Shown: piece by piece, positions 8,502 through 19,212 of the stretch
How positions within the stretch are numbered: the stretch's first letter is position 1
Layout: every line of letters begins with the position of its first letter
Origin: Candidatus Nomurabacteria bacterium
GTDB lineage: Bacteria; Patescibacteriota; Minisyncoccia; Phycocordibacterales; SBAW01
Direction of reading: 5' to 3'
NCBI GenBank assembly: GCA_943356415.1
Contig: CALREW010000001.1
Coordinates: forward strand, 80,528-144,527
Length of the DNA: 64,000 bases
Notes under the pieces: model-generated
Told to the model about the DNA's origin: nothing
The model's database searches: none
The model's input: only the letters and a program-made list of their open reading frames with translations
Program-made: the position numbers and the translations under genes

Positions 8502-8903
8502 ATGTATCTAAGCTATTTAATGGGAGCAAAAAATATTAACGATGAAGATTTAACAAATCTTGATATTGTTATTGTGGAGAAAACAGATTCAGAAAGTAGG
8601 AAACTCAAAATTCCGTCTGAAAAAATCGAGGGATACAAGAATTTAATTAGAGAAAAAATGACTCCTGGGTTTTGGAACGAATTTTTAGACGAAAATGCTG
8701 TGCATTTTATTTTCAAGTTAAAGAACGGTGAATTAAAAGAATATGTCTTGTCACCAGAAAACGAACTAGAAATTGACCATCTTTGTGCTGAATTAAACAA
8801 TGAACCAGCTGGAAAAACCGCGAATGTTTTTAAATATATTTCCGACAATGATTTTTACCACGATTTTATGATGAAGCATTATAAAGAAATGATTGAACGG
8901 TAA
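8502..8903 (+). CDS. Hypothetical protein (133 aa, acidic)
   Basis: Closely spaced in the cargo operon with the same AT-rich codon usage. Confidence 0.7.
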   Translation: MYLSYLMGAKNINDEDLTNLDIVIVEKTDSESRKLKIPSEKIEGYKNLIREKMTPGFWNEFLDENAVHFIFKLKNGELKEYVLSPENELEIDHLCAELNNEPAGKTANVFKYISDNDFYHDFMMKHYKEMIER

Positions 8904-8908
8904 GGGAG

Positions 8909-8952
8909 CAACCCCCGCCGTTTTATAATATTTCCTAAAAACGGCGGGGTTG
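8909..8952 (+). terminator. Long hairpin closing the cargo operon
   Basis: CAACCCCCGCCGTTTT ... AAAACGGCGGGGTTG. Confidence 0.55.
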
Positions 8953-9103
8953 TTGTGCGCGCACTGGGCGGGCGGGGCAAGCACATATCAAACATGATTG
9001 CGCCCTAGCGCAAACCAAATTGTATTGCGCCTCGGTCGCCGTGAGGGCGGAGAAAAGAGCAAACAAAAATGCTATAATATAATTGCTCTTTTTGCAGACT
9101 GAA

Positions 9104-9359
9104 ACGGCGAAGCAAAACCAAAAATTTCCTTTCCATTTTTTGTCGGCTCCCCCCACACCCCCCGCCGAAAATCAGAAATTAAGGAAGGAAAATTTTTGGG
9201 TTTTGCACACGCGAGTCCGCGAGCGTGTCCGAGGCGCATTGGTTCGCATCACCACGCAATCCGAGCGTACGAGGCAGTTTCAAGCCATCACGCGCTCCGC
9301 GCGTGCGAAGTCAGGGGTTCTGCTCGAAATGAGTTCTAACTTTTTCAAACAAACACCAC
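9104..9359 (+). repeat. Inverted repeat arm B, copy at attR (256 bp)
   Basis: Reverse complement of 6423-6678. Confidence 0.95.
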
Positions 9360-9365
9360 AAACGA

Positions 9366-9396
9366 CACAAAGATCCCGCCTGCGCGGGATTTTGTG
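9366..9396 (+). terminator. Hairpin, probably the original tRNA-Ala(TGC) terminator displaced by integration
   Basis: CACAAAGATCCCGC-ct-GCGCGGGATTTTGTG, 6 nt after the attR core. Confidence 0.6.
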
Positions 9397-9436
9397 CGAT
9401 TGTGGAAGGCGGAGAGTTTTACGCTATAGTTTTCTA

Positions 9437-9997
9437 ATGGAAGGCTCCACGCGAACAGAAGAAAAACCAATAATTTCAGTATCTCAGACGACCCCAGAGG
9501 ATATTGAAGGTCTTCAAAATGTTCATTTCCGCACGTGGCTCGCGACGTACCCAAACGCGGAGCATGGGGTAACAGAAGATGACATTAAGGCAAAGTTTGA
9601 GGAGTGGCACACGCCGGAGGACACTGCGCGCCGAAAGCAGACAGTAGCTGCTCCAAAGTCAGGTGAAATGCATCTAGTTGCAAAAGATGCCGGGAAGGTT
9701 GTTGGTTTTTGTCGAGCGAGACGAGGCGACCAAGAGAATGAACTTGTGGCACTTTACGTGCTACCTGAATACCAAGGGCAGGGAGTTGGTTCGGCACTTT
9801 GGTCGCGAGCCGCCGAGACGCTTGATTTAACCAAAGATACCGTTCTTTATGCCGCTGAATATAACAAGAATGCTATCGCGTTTTACGAGCACCTCGGGTT
9901 TAAGGATACGGGAGAGCGTACAACTGACGAGACGCTGCGTATGAAAAGTGGCTCCATAATTCCAGAAATAAAAATGGTTCTCAAAGGGACGCGTTAA
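9437..9997 (+). CDS. GNAT-family N-acetyltransferase
   Basis: LYVLPEYQGQGVGSAL motif A, NKNAIAFYEHLGF; true start ATG 9437 (TATAGT 6 nt upstream). Confidence 0.88.
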   Translation: MEGSTRTEEKPIISVSQTTPEDIEGLQNVHFRTWLATYPNAEHGVTEDDIKAKFEEWHTPEDTARRKQTVAAPKSGEMHLVAKDAGKVVGFCRARRGDQENELVALYVLPEYQGQGVGSALWSRAAETLDLTKDTVLYAAEYNKNAIAFYEHLGFKDTGERTTDETLRMKSGSIIPEIKMVLKGTR

Positions 9998-10034
9998 GAT
10001 TCCCCATCAGTGCTATACTTTCACGTATACATCT

Positions 10035-10346
10035 ATGTCACCAAACCTCATGTCATCATTTGCAGATGGAACTAACTCAGTAGCGGCCGCAATGGGTGCA
10101 CTTGGCATCTATCCAGCAGTAGACACACTTGCTGCGGCTCCGGCATTGAGCGCCCCAGTTATGGCTGCGCTGCTTTTGTGCGGCATTGTTTTGGTTGGGT
10201 TTTGGATTTGGATGATTGTTCACGCGATACGTCACGAAATAAAGGAACAAGCAGTTTGGATACTTATCCTCATGCTTACGAACTTCTGGGGCGCAATCGT
10301 TTATTACTTTGCGGTAAAAAGAAAAACGGATCGCCGAATTTCCTAA
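10035..10346 (+). CDS. Small membrane protein (PLDc_N-like)
   Basis: FWIWMIVHAI...WILILMLTNFWGAIVYYF pattern. Confidence 0.75.
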   Translation: MSPNLMSSFADGTNSVAAAMGALGIYPAVDTLAAAPALSAPVMAALLLCGIVLVGFWIWMIVHAIRHEIKEQAVWILILMLTNFWGAIVYYFAVKRKTDRRIS

Positions 10347-10391
10347 GGATACTCGCTAGAATTTTGAGAGGTTTCTTGGTACTCTTTTCAT

Positions 10392-11159
10392 ATGGAGGGC
10401 ATACATATCGCCCTGGCTTCTGAGCCAGTTTTTCATTTGTGGGGGCTACCTATCACCAATAGCCTGCTTTTGACGTGGGTGGTTATCGCTATTCTTCTGG
10501 TACTTGGTTTTATTGTTGGTCGCCGTCCAAAATTGGTGCCAGGTCGTCTTCAAGGCGCCTTCGAAAGCATTTTCGAGGTCTTGCTCGACTATATGGCTGA
10601 AACACTTGAGAGCCGCAAACTCGCCCTGCGTTACTTTCCGCTTATCGCTACCATTTTCCTCTTTATATTTACGGCAAACATGGTGACGTTTATCCCTGGC
10701 ATTGAAAGCGTGGGGGTAACCCACGATGGCCACTTCACAGCGCTTTTGCGACCCGTAAATACCGATCTTAACGTCACTTTGGCGCTCGCGATGATAGCTT
10801 TTTTGGTTATCGAATTATCTGGAATCTTCACTCTAGGATTGTTGAAATATGGCTCAAAATTCGTTACAGTTAGTTCGCCGATGAACGCTGCGGTGGGCCT
10901 CCTTGAGCTCATCGGGAACATCGCGCGGCTCATATCGTTCTCCTTCCGTCTTTTTGGGAACGTATTTGCAGGGCATGTGCTGATTGTGGTCATCATCTTC
11001 TTTTTGCCGCTCGTGGTGCCGGTGCCCCTCATGCTCTTTGAGGTGTTCGTTGGCTTCCTCCAAGCGGCGATATTTAGCCTCCTCACGTTGGTCTTCATAA
11101 AGCTCGCTATCGACGAGCCGCATGGGGCAAGTGAAGGGCAGGCGCATGGAGCGCACTGA
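10392..11159 (+). CDS. atpB: ATP synthase Fo subunit a
   Basis: SFSFRLFGNVFAGH, LQAAIFSLLT. Confidence 0.96.
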   Translation: MEGIHIALASEPVFHLWGLPITNSLLLTWVVIAILLVLGFIVGRRPKLVPGRLQGAFESIFEVLLDYMAETLESRKLALRYFPLIATIFLFIFTANMVTFIPGIESVGVTHDGHFTALLRPVNTDLNVTLALAMIAFLVIELSGIFTLGLLKYGSKFVTVSSPMNAAVGLLELIGNIARLISFSFRLFGNVFAGHVLIVVIIFFLPLVVPVPLMLFEVFVGFLQAAIFSLLTLVFIKLAIDEPHGASEGQAHGAH

Positions 11160-11253
11160 GGGGTAGTCCCCAGCTCACAGAAGTCGAATATCGACATCTG
11201 AAAGCTGGGTGCTACTACAAGAGCGCCCGTTCGTAATTACAGGATTAGTGTAA

Positions 11254-11487
<234 letters not shown>

Positions 11488-11612
11488 TTTCGGCGAATTT
11501 CTTTGTCGGGCGGCACTTGCTGTCCCTCACCGCAGCTATAGTGCGGCTCAGGCCAGCAAGTTTGCCCTTCGCGAACTCCGCGCAAAATTAAGCGAACAGC
11601 TCAGACAGATAC

Positions 11613-12059
11613 ATGGAAATATTTCACGCATTTGGCATAGAGTGGCGCCTCCTGTTAATCCAGGTGGTCAACTTTGGTCTGCTTCTTATTGCCTTGTGGT
11701 ATTTCCTGTACGGGCCGCTGATGCGTCTTTTGGACGAACGTCGCGCAAAGATTGAAAAGGGAGTAACCGACGCTGACCGCGCCGCACATAATCTATCGAA
11801 AGCAGAAGAAGAACGCCGTTCAATTGTTGCAGCAGCAGCTAAAGAGGCTGATGCGATGGCTGAACGCGCGCGCAAAGATGCGGTGACTCGAGAGAAGCAA
11901 GCTGCAGCCGATGCGGATGCTAAGGCCGCGCGCATACTTGCGGCTGCTGAGACAGAAAGTGAAGAACTTCGCGCACGCGCTCTTGCAGGTGCCAAGGAAG
12001 AGATAGCGCGTCTTATTGTTTTGGGGGCAGAAAAAGCGCTATCTGGACAGCGTAAATAA
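11613..12059 (+). CDS. atpF: ATP synthase Fo subunit b
   Basis: QVVNFGLLL..LYGPL..LDERRAKI followed by coiled coil; operon position. Confidence 0.93.
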   Translation: MEIFHAFGIEWRLLLIQVVNFGLLLIALWYFLYGPLMRLLDERRAKIEKGVTDADRAAHNLSKAEEERRSIVAAAAKEADAMAERARKDAVTREKQAAADADAKAARILAAAETESEELRARALAGAKEEIARLIVLGAEKALSGQRK

Positions 12060-12064
12060 TTGAT

Positions 12065-12460
12065 ATGCTTGCACGCCAATACGCAGATGCTCTCTACGCA
12101 CTCGCACAACAGCCAAAAGCTGACGCGAAGAAACTTGCTGAGGGTCTAAAGGAAACACTCGTGCGTCGCGGACACGCGGCACTTGCCCCGCGCATTGCGG
12201 CGGAGCTTTCGCGCGTTGAGCATCATGCAAAAAACCAAACCGTCATACGTGTGCGCATTGCCGACGCATCGGCAAAAAAAGAGGCAGTAGCAAAAGCAGA
12301 AGCACTTATTACTGCCGAGGGTGATGTGGCGCGTGACATCGAGGTCGTCGAGGACAAGTCCCTGATATCGGGGTTTGTTGTCGAGGGCCCCGGTTTCCGG
12401 TTTGATGCCTCAGCTCGTGCAGCACTTACCGATTTGTATCGAACGCTCACCACTAATTAA
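12065..12460 (+). CDS. atpH: ATP synthase F1 subunit delta (short)
   Basis: ARQYADAL N-terminus, DKSLISGFVV...DAS C-terminus; operon position. Confidence 0.85.
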   Translation: MLARQYADALYALAQQPKADAKKLAEGLKETLVRRGHAALAPRIAAELSRVEHHAKNQTVIRVRIADASAKKEAVAKAEALITAEGDVARDIEVVEDKSLISGFVVEGPGFRFDASARAALTDLYRTLTTN

Positions 12461-12468
12461 TCATTGCC

Positions 12469-14037
12469 ATGGAACACACAATTGTAGAGAAACTAAAGAA
12501 AGAGATTGCCGGCTTCTCGCATGAGCCAAAGACTGAAGTTGCTGGCCGTGTGATTAAGGCTGCCGATGGCATCGCTGAAATCGAAGGTCTCTCGGGAGCC
12601 GTGATGTCGGAGATGGTGCGTTTTGAAGTTGGTTCTGGCAAAGAATTGAAGGATGCGCTTGGTCATGGGGATGTTTTTGGCGTCATCCTTAACCTCGAAG
12701 AGGATGTCGTGAAGGCAGTTATTCTCGGCGACGCGGAAATGATACGAGAGGGAATGGCTGTCGTGGGTACGGGCAAAGTCTTGTCGCTTGGAGTAGGCGA
12801 GAGTCTCCTCGGACGTGTCGTATCCGCACTCGGTGAGCCGCTTGATGGCAAAGGTGAGGTTAAGGCGTCTGCGCAGTACTCAATTGAACGTGAAGCGTAT
12901 GGCGTTATGGATCGTCAGTCGGTAAATCAACCGCTCCACACCGGTATTAAAGCTATCGACTCAATGATCCCGATAGGACGCGGTCAACGCGAGCTTATCA
13001 TCGGCGATCGCAATACCGGCAAAACAACCATCGGCATAGATACGATACTTAACCAACTGGCAGAACCTGAAGAAACGCGCCCCATTTGTATTTACGTAGC
13101 CATTGGTCAGAAGGAGTCTAAGACGGCGCGCCTGGTAGGCATGCTCGAGGAGAAAGGCGCGATGGCGTACACCATCGTGGTTAATGCAGGAGCAGCCGCG
13201 CCTGCAGCACTTCAGTACCTTGCTCCATTTGCAGGTGCAGCAATCGGTGAGTACTTCATGGATAAAGGTCGCGACGCGCTTATCATCTACGACGACCTCT
13301 CAAAGCACGCGGTTGCGTATCGTGAACTTTCGCTTTTGCTTCGTCGTCCGCCAGGTCGTGAAGCATATCCAGGTGACGTCTTCTACCTTCACTCCCGCCT
13401 CCTTGAGCGTGCCGCGAAGCTTTCTAAGGAAAAAGGAGGAGGCTCGCTTACGGCTCTTCCCATTATCGAGACGCAAGAAGGAGACATCTCGGCGTACATC
13501 CCAACCAACGTCATCTCTATTACTGACGGTCAGATATTCCTTGAGACCGATCTCTTCAATAAAGGCTCACGCCCAGCGGTGAACGTCGGTAACTCAGTGT
13601 CTCGCGTCGGTTCTGCAGCGCAGACGAAAGCGATGAAGAAAGTTGCCGGCAAAATAAAACTTGAGCTCGCACAATTCCGTGAGCTTGAAGCGTTTATGCA
13701 ATTCGCGCAGGATCTCGATGCCGACACCAAGCGTCGCATTGATCATGGGCAGCGCCTCACGGCTATTTTGCGCCAACGCAACGGACGCCCTATCTCATTC
13801 GAGAAACAAGCCGCGGTTATTTACGCTGCGGTAAACGGCTATCTGGCAAAGGTGTCACTTGAACGCGTAAGCGACTACGAAGAGAAGGTCGTTGCGTTTA
13901 TCGAACGCGAATCCCCGAAACTTCTCTCAACGATTAAGGAGACTCGCGAGATTTCAGAAGAGAGCGAAAAGGCATTGAAAGAAGGTCTTGCTAAGTTCGA
14001 AACCGCGCATCCTGAGCTATTTTCCACTAATGCCTAA
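12469..14037 (+). CDS. atpA: ATP synthase F1 subunit alpha
   Basis: GRGQRELIIGDRNTGKT, PPGREAYPGDVFYLHSRLLERA. Confidence 0.98.
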   Translation: MEHTIVEKLKKEIAGFSHEPKTEVAGRVIKAADGIAEIEGLSGAVMSEMVRFEVGSGKELKDALGHGDVFGVILNLEEDVVKAVILGDAEMIREGMAVVGTGKVLSLGVGESLLGRVVSALGEPLDGKGEVKASAQYSIEREAYGVMDRQSVNQPLHTGIKAIDSMIPIGRGQRELIIGDRNTGKTTIGIDTILNQLAEPEETRPICIYVAIGQKESKTARLVGMLEEKGAMAYTIVVNAGAAAPAALQYLAPFAGAAIGEYFMDKGRDALIIYDDLSKHAVAYRELSLLLRRPPGREAYPGDVFYLHSRLLERAAKLSKEKGGGSLTALPIIETQEGDISAYIPTNVISITDGQIFLETDLFNKGSRPAVNVGNSVSRVGSAAQTKAMKKVAGKIKLELAQFRELEAFMQFAQDLDADTKRRIDHGQRLTAILRQRNGRPISFEKQAAVIYAAVNGYLAKVSLERVSDYEEKVVAFIERESPKLLSTIKETREISEESEKALKEGLAKFETAHPELFSTNA

Positions 14038-14062
14038 ACTTCTAGTGGCTCGTCGCTAACCT

Positions 14063-14980
14063 ATGGCTTCCCTTAAAACAATTAAAGGCAAGATTACCGC
14101 TACGGCAAAGACCCGTAAGGTAACAAAGGCTATGGAGGCAGTTTCTGCTGCAAAGATGCGTAAAGCGCAGGTGAAAGCTCTTACCGACCGTGCGTATGCG
14201 CGAGCTGCGGTAAGTGTCTTGTCACGTCTCAGTGGCTCAGCCACGCTTAAGCGCCATGCGTTTATGAATGAACGCGCGGTTAAAAGCGCTCTATACGTAG
14301 TTGTCACTAGCGATAAAGGCCTCGCGGGAGCTCTCAATTCGGGGGTTCTTAAGGCAGTTGTAAACGATATTGCGCTGCTTGGACTTACGCCTTCAAATGT
14401 ACACATTGTTGCGGTTGGCCGTCGTGCAAATGATTTCTTCTTTCGCCGCGGTTTTGTTATGGATGGATATTTTGAAAATGCAGATGGAAAGGTGGATGCT
14501 GACGCGATACGTCGCGTTGTGGAAGAGGGTCTTATTGAATATCGTTTGGAAAATGTTGATACGGTGCGCGTGGCGTATCAGAGTTTTATTTCGACATTCG
14601 AACAACGACCGACCGTTCGCACCATGCTGCCGTTCTCGCTTTCGCAGCTTAGCGCTATTGTGAGCGATATTGTGCCTGCGAAGGGTAAATTTTCTTCAGA
14701 AGAAAAGACGATTACCGCGCCGCACGACTATACGGTGGAGCCATCTGAAGAAGGCGTCATTGACGCGCTGGTGCCGAAACTCGCAGCGATATTTTTCTAT
14801 CACGCATTGCTTGAATCCCAGGCGTCTGAACACTCGGCCCGCATGGTGGCGATGAAGAACGCGTCAGACAAGGCAGGAGACAAGGTGCGCGATCTCACCC
14901 GTGTCTTTAACCGTGTCCGTCAGGCAAGCATCACGAGAGAGGTAAGTGAGATTATCGGCGGTATCGAAGCTATGGCATAA
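14063..14980 (+). CDS. atpG: ATP synthase F1 subunit gamma
   Basis: KVTKAMEAVSAAKM, SDKGLAG, SEHSARMVAM, RQASITREVSEI. Confidence 0.97.
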   Translation: MASLKTIKGKITATAKTRKVTKAMEAVSAAKMRKAQVKALTDRAYARAAVSVLSRLSGSATLKRHAFMNERAVKSALYVVVTSDKGLAGALNSGVLKAVVNDIALLGLTPSNVHIVAVGRRANDFFFRRGFVMDGYFENADGKVDADAIRRVVEEGLIEYRLENVDTVRVAYQSFISTFEQRPTVRTMLPFSLSQLSAIVSDIVPAKGKFSSEEKTITAPHDYTVEPSEEGVIDALVPKLAAIFFYHALLESQASEHSARMVAMKNASDKAGDKVRDLTRVFNRVRQASITREVSEIIGGIEAMA

Positions 14981-14985
14981 CGCTT

Positions 14986-15362
14986 ATGACAAATCCACTC
15001 GAGAGAAGTCGCATACCTGCCTCACCTGATAGTCAATTGTTGAACGACGCACGTAGCCAGCTGCGCAGCTATGTTGCGCTTGTTGGACTCGTCGGTGTTG
15101 GCTCTGCAACAAGAGAAAAGATTCTCGGCATTATCGACGGCTTGGATCTTAGTGAGGGGATTGAGATCTTGCACGGTAAACATCCGCTCTATGAAGGAGA
15201 AAGTGTTCGTGAGCGTGCAGTTACTTTTGTTCGACAAAGTGTTCGAATCAAACTTTTACCGCTGGTAGCAGAACTGCCAGAAAACGAACAACCCCAGATT
15301 CAGGATTTCCTAAAATTTATGGGACAGGCCCAGTCTGCCACTCGGCCAAGTAATGCCAGAGA

Positions 15363-15366
<4 letters not shown>
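14986..15366 (+). CDS. Hypothetical protein inserted in atp operon
   Basis: 126-aa ORF 5 nt after atpG; ATGA overlap with next gene. Confidence 0.6.
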
Positions 15367-17059
<1,693 letters not shown>

Positions 17060-17060
17060 C

Positions 17061-17297
17061 ATGCACGTCTTTGTAGGCAAAGTAGGAGAAACACTCTTTG
17101 ATGGCGATGCCTATTCACTTACTGCACCTGGCAGCGCCGGCGAACTCACTGTTCTCGGCGGCCATATGCCTCTGGTGACTACACTTAAGGCGGGTACCGT
17201 ACGTCTCCATGTAACGAAAGATTCTGAAGCTCAAGAATTCGCGGCGCTCGACGGTGTTCTTGAGGTGACAGGAGACGGAGCGCGAGTTTTGCTGTAA
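17061..17297 (+). CDS. atpC: ATP synthase F1 subunit epsilon (N-terminal domain only)
   Basis: PGSAGELTVLGGHMPLVTTLKAG; 78 aa. Confidence 0.9.
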   Translation: MHVFVGKVGETLFDGDAYSLTAPGSAGELTVLGGHMPLVTTLKAGTVRLHVTKDSEAQEFAALDGVLEVTGDGARVLL

Positions 17298-17321
17298 CAT
17301 AATTCGCGTTCGGATCTGTCA

Positions 17322-17394
17322 GGGCCGCTAGCTCACTTGGTAGAGCGCTTCCATGGCATGGAAGAGGTAACCGGTTCGATCCCGGTGCGGTCCA
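17322..17394 (+). tRNA. tRNA-Ala(GGC)
   Basis: GGGCCGC/GCGGTCC with G3-U70, anticodon cttcc-AT GGC AT-ggaag, GGTTCGATCCC. Confidence 0.93.
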
Positions 17395-17395
17395 C

Positions 17396-17431
17396 AAAAA
17401 GCAAGACGCCCCTTCGGGGGCTTTTTGCTTT
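17396..17431 (+). terminator. Intrinsic terminator after tRNA-Ala(GGC)
   Basis: GCCCC-TTCG-GGGGC hairpin followed by TTTTT. Confidence 0.75.
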
Positions 17432-17546
17432 CTGTGACACGTAGCGAAACAACTGCTTGTTTCGCGGCCGAGGTGAGTGACGACGAGCTGAGAGCTGTGA
17501 CCCACAAATTTACTGGCCATGCAGATCAACCCCATTTTCGGCATGT

Positions 17547-19151
17547 CTACATGACGTTCCTCGCTTCCTTATTAGGACCCATCTCTTCAGGCACTTGATT
17601 TTTTGAGCACGCGCCGTCTTTACTTTTTTTCACTTGAAGCATGCGAAATCCATAGGGCGGAAGTTTAATAGTATAGACATCTTTTGTGATGGTAGGCGCC
17701 GGCTGCTTTGTGTAAAGATCATAAGGTATTTGACATAGCGAAAGACCAGACGCTTCTAATTGAACGGAAATATCTGTCTGAATTTTATTAAAATTATAAA
17801 TTAATAAGACAGTTTGTGATCCATCTTTACTCGTCCGCTGCATAGCATAGATTTTCGGGTCTGGGTTTGTCGGAACCCGAGTTCGGGAAGCGGAAGGAAG
17901 TAGTGCTTTGTTCGCATTAACAGTTCTTAGAACTTCATCCCAATTGTCGCGAATATCTTTAGGCCATTGTAAGTAGATGTCGTACTCCGGCGTGCCATAC
18001 AATATCCCGGCTCCAGCTAAGAGTGCGGCCTCTTGAACGCGCATGAGGGCTTCGCTCGGATATGGATCGGAACTAGCCCAAGCATGAGTCGTCTGTCCGT
18101 TACTGCGAGCGAAATCCGTTTTTTTAAATGCATCTTCTAAACTATCGGCATTGTCATCGTACAAAGTAATGCCAGTATAATCATTCATATTGTCGACGTC
18201 GGCAAAGTTGAACCAAGAGGTTAAACCAAATTTTAAATACGCATCTCCTTGATCACCTTGAGTGCTCTCAAATGTGATCCACTTGTCGTTAGGTGTATAG
18301 GTTTTTGCAAGATCTGCCATATGATATTTAAAAACTTCGCGCTCTTTTCCTTGGAAATTCATTGCGCTATGCCCATCGTCCCACATAAAACCATCCACGC
18401 CTGTGTCGAGCCAGTACTTGGTTAATTTTTCAATTTCTGCTCGTGCGCCAGGTTTATTAAAATCAAGTCCGGCTTCGCCCCACACGGACCAATAATAGGC
18501 TCCGGCCTCGGGGCTGTATTTCCATTGGGTCCGGTGTTCATAACCCTCGTCCGTTCGCGGAGTGTTTTTTGGAGGACCAACGGATGGCGACGGCAGGGGC
18601 GCTGTTGGATCTGTAGTCCATTGAAAAGTACTGACTTCGCGAGAAGTACGATCGCCTGTTTTGTACTGCAATGCAGCTATTTTGAAATAATCAGACTCTT
18701 TGTCAATAAATACATTTGAAAAATAAGTGACAACTTTCATATTTCTCTTATGAGCTTCCTCAACTAATTTTTTCCAGTCATCTATTGAGCCACTTTGTGG
18801 AGAGGTAGAGTAAAAATCAAGCGGATCGCAACCCAGCCATTTGTTTTTATCACCGTAATAAGGCGAATAAATTCCTACCACACGGAAACCACTGTCATTT
18901 AATTTGTCCAAGCTTTTTGTGATGTCGGCAAATGTATGATCATGTTGAGTGGTATAAATCCAAGCCACCCCATTTAAATCTTGAAAACTGTTTGGCTTTA
19001 CTTCGGCTTTTAGTGAAGCTGGGGAAGTAGAGTTTTGCGTAGCCGCTTTTTTCTGCGTGTAATAGGTCCCTACGGTAGCGAGTGCAGCTAAAAGACCGGC
19101 TGCCACAAAGAGACTGACAAACCCGAGCCCCTGTTTTTTATATAGGTGCAT
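17547..19151 (-). CDS. Membrane-anchored/secreted alpha-amylase family (GH13) glycosidase
   Basis: GSIDDWKKLVEEAHKRNMKV, WLDTGVDGFMWD, C-terminal LPPYGFRML; N-terminal hydrophobic helix; start 19151 or 19220. Confidence 0.82.
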   Translation of the reverse strand: MHLYKKQGLGFVSLFVAAGLLAALATVGTYYTQKKAATQNSTSPASLKAEVKPNSFQDLNGVAWIYTTQHDHTFADITKSLDKLNDSGFRVVGIYSPYYGDKNKWLGCDPLDFYSTSPQSGSIDDWKKLVEEAHKRNMKVVTYFSNVFIDKESDYFKIAALQYKTGDRTSREVSTFQWTTDPTAPLPSPSVGPPKNTPRTDEGYEHRTQWKYSPEAGAYYWSVWGEAGLDFNKPGARAEIEKLTKYWLDTGVDGFMWDDGHSAMNFQGKEREVFKYHMADLAKTYTPNDKWITFESTQGDQGDAYLKFGLTSWFNFADVDNMNDYTGITLYDDNADSLEDAFKKTDFARSNGQTTHAWASSDPYPSEALMRVQEAALLAGAGILYGTPEYDIYLQWPKDIRDNWDEVLRTVNANKALLPSASRTRVPTNPDPKIYAMQRTSKDGSQTVLLIYNFNKIQTDISVQLEASGLSLCQIPYDLYTKQPAPTITKDVYTIKLPPYGFRMLQVKKSKDGACSKNQVPEEMGPNKEARNVM

Positions 19152-19212
19152 AGGGTTAAATAGTTTATGCAATTGTAAGCGGCTCCTGGTTTTCCACAAA
19201 GTGAAAGCGGTG

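Larger units (their letters stand above)
4682..9359. mobile_element. Integrated large-serine-recombinase element (attL CCAC 4682-4685, attR CCAC 9356-9359) with internal inverted attP copy
   Basis: Integrase abuts tRNA 3' end; AT-rich cargo; both ends are joined through CCAC in the internal copy 6294-6678; probable tRNA terminator lies just past 9359. Confidence 0.85.

Noticed and set aside
9083-9436. 118-aa N-terminal extension of the GNAT ORF
   Set aside because: It is read-through of repeat arm B across attR and a terminator; the real start is ATG 9437.
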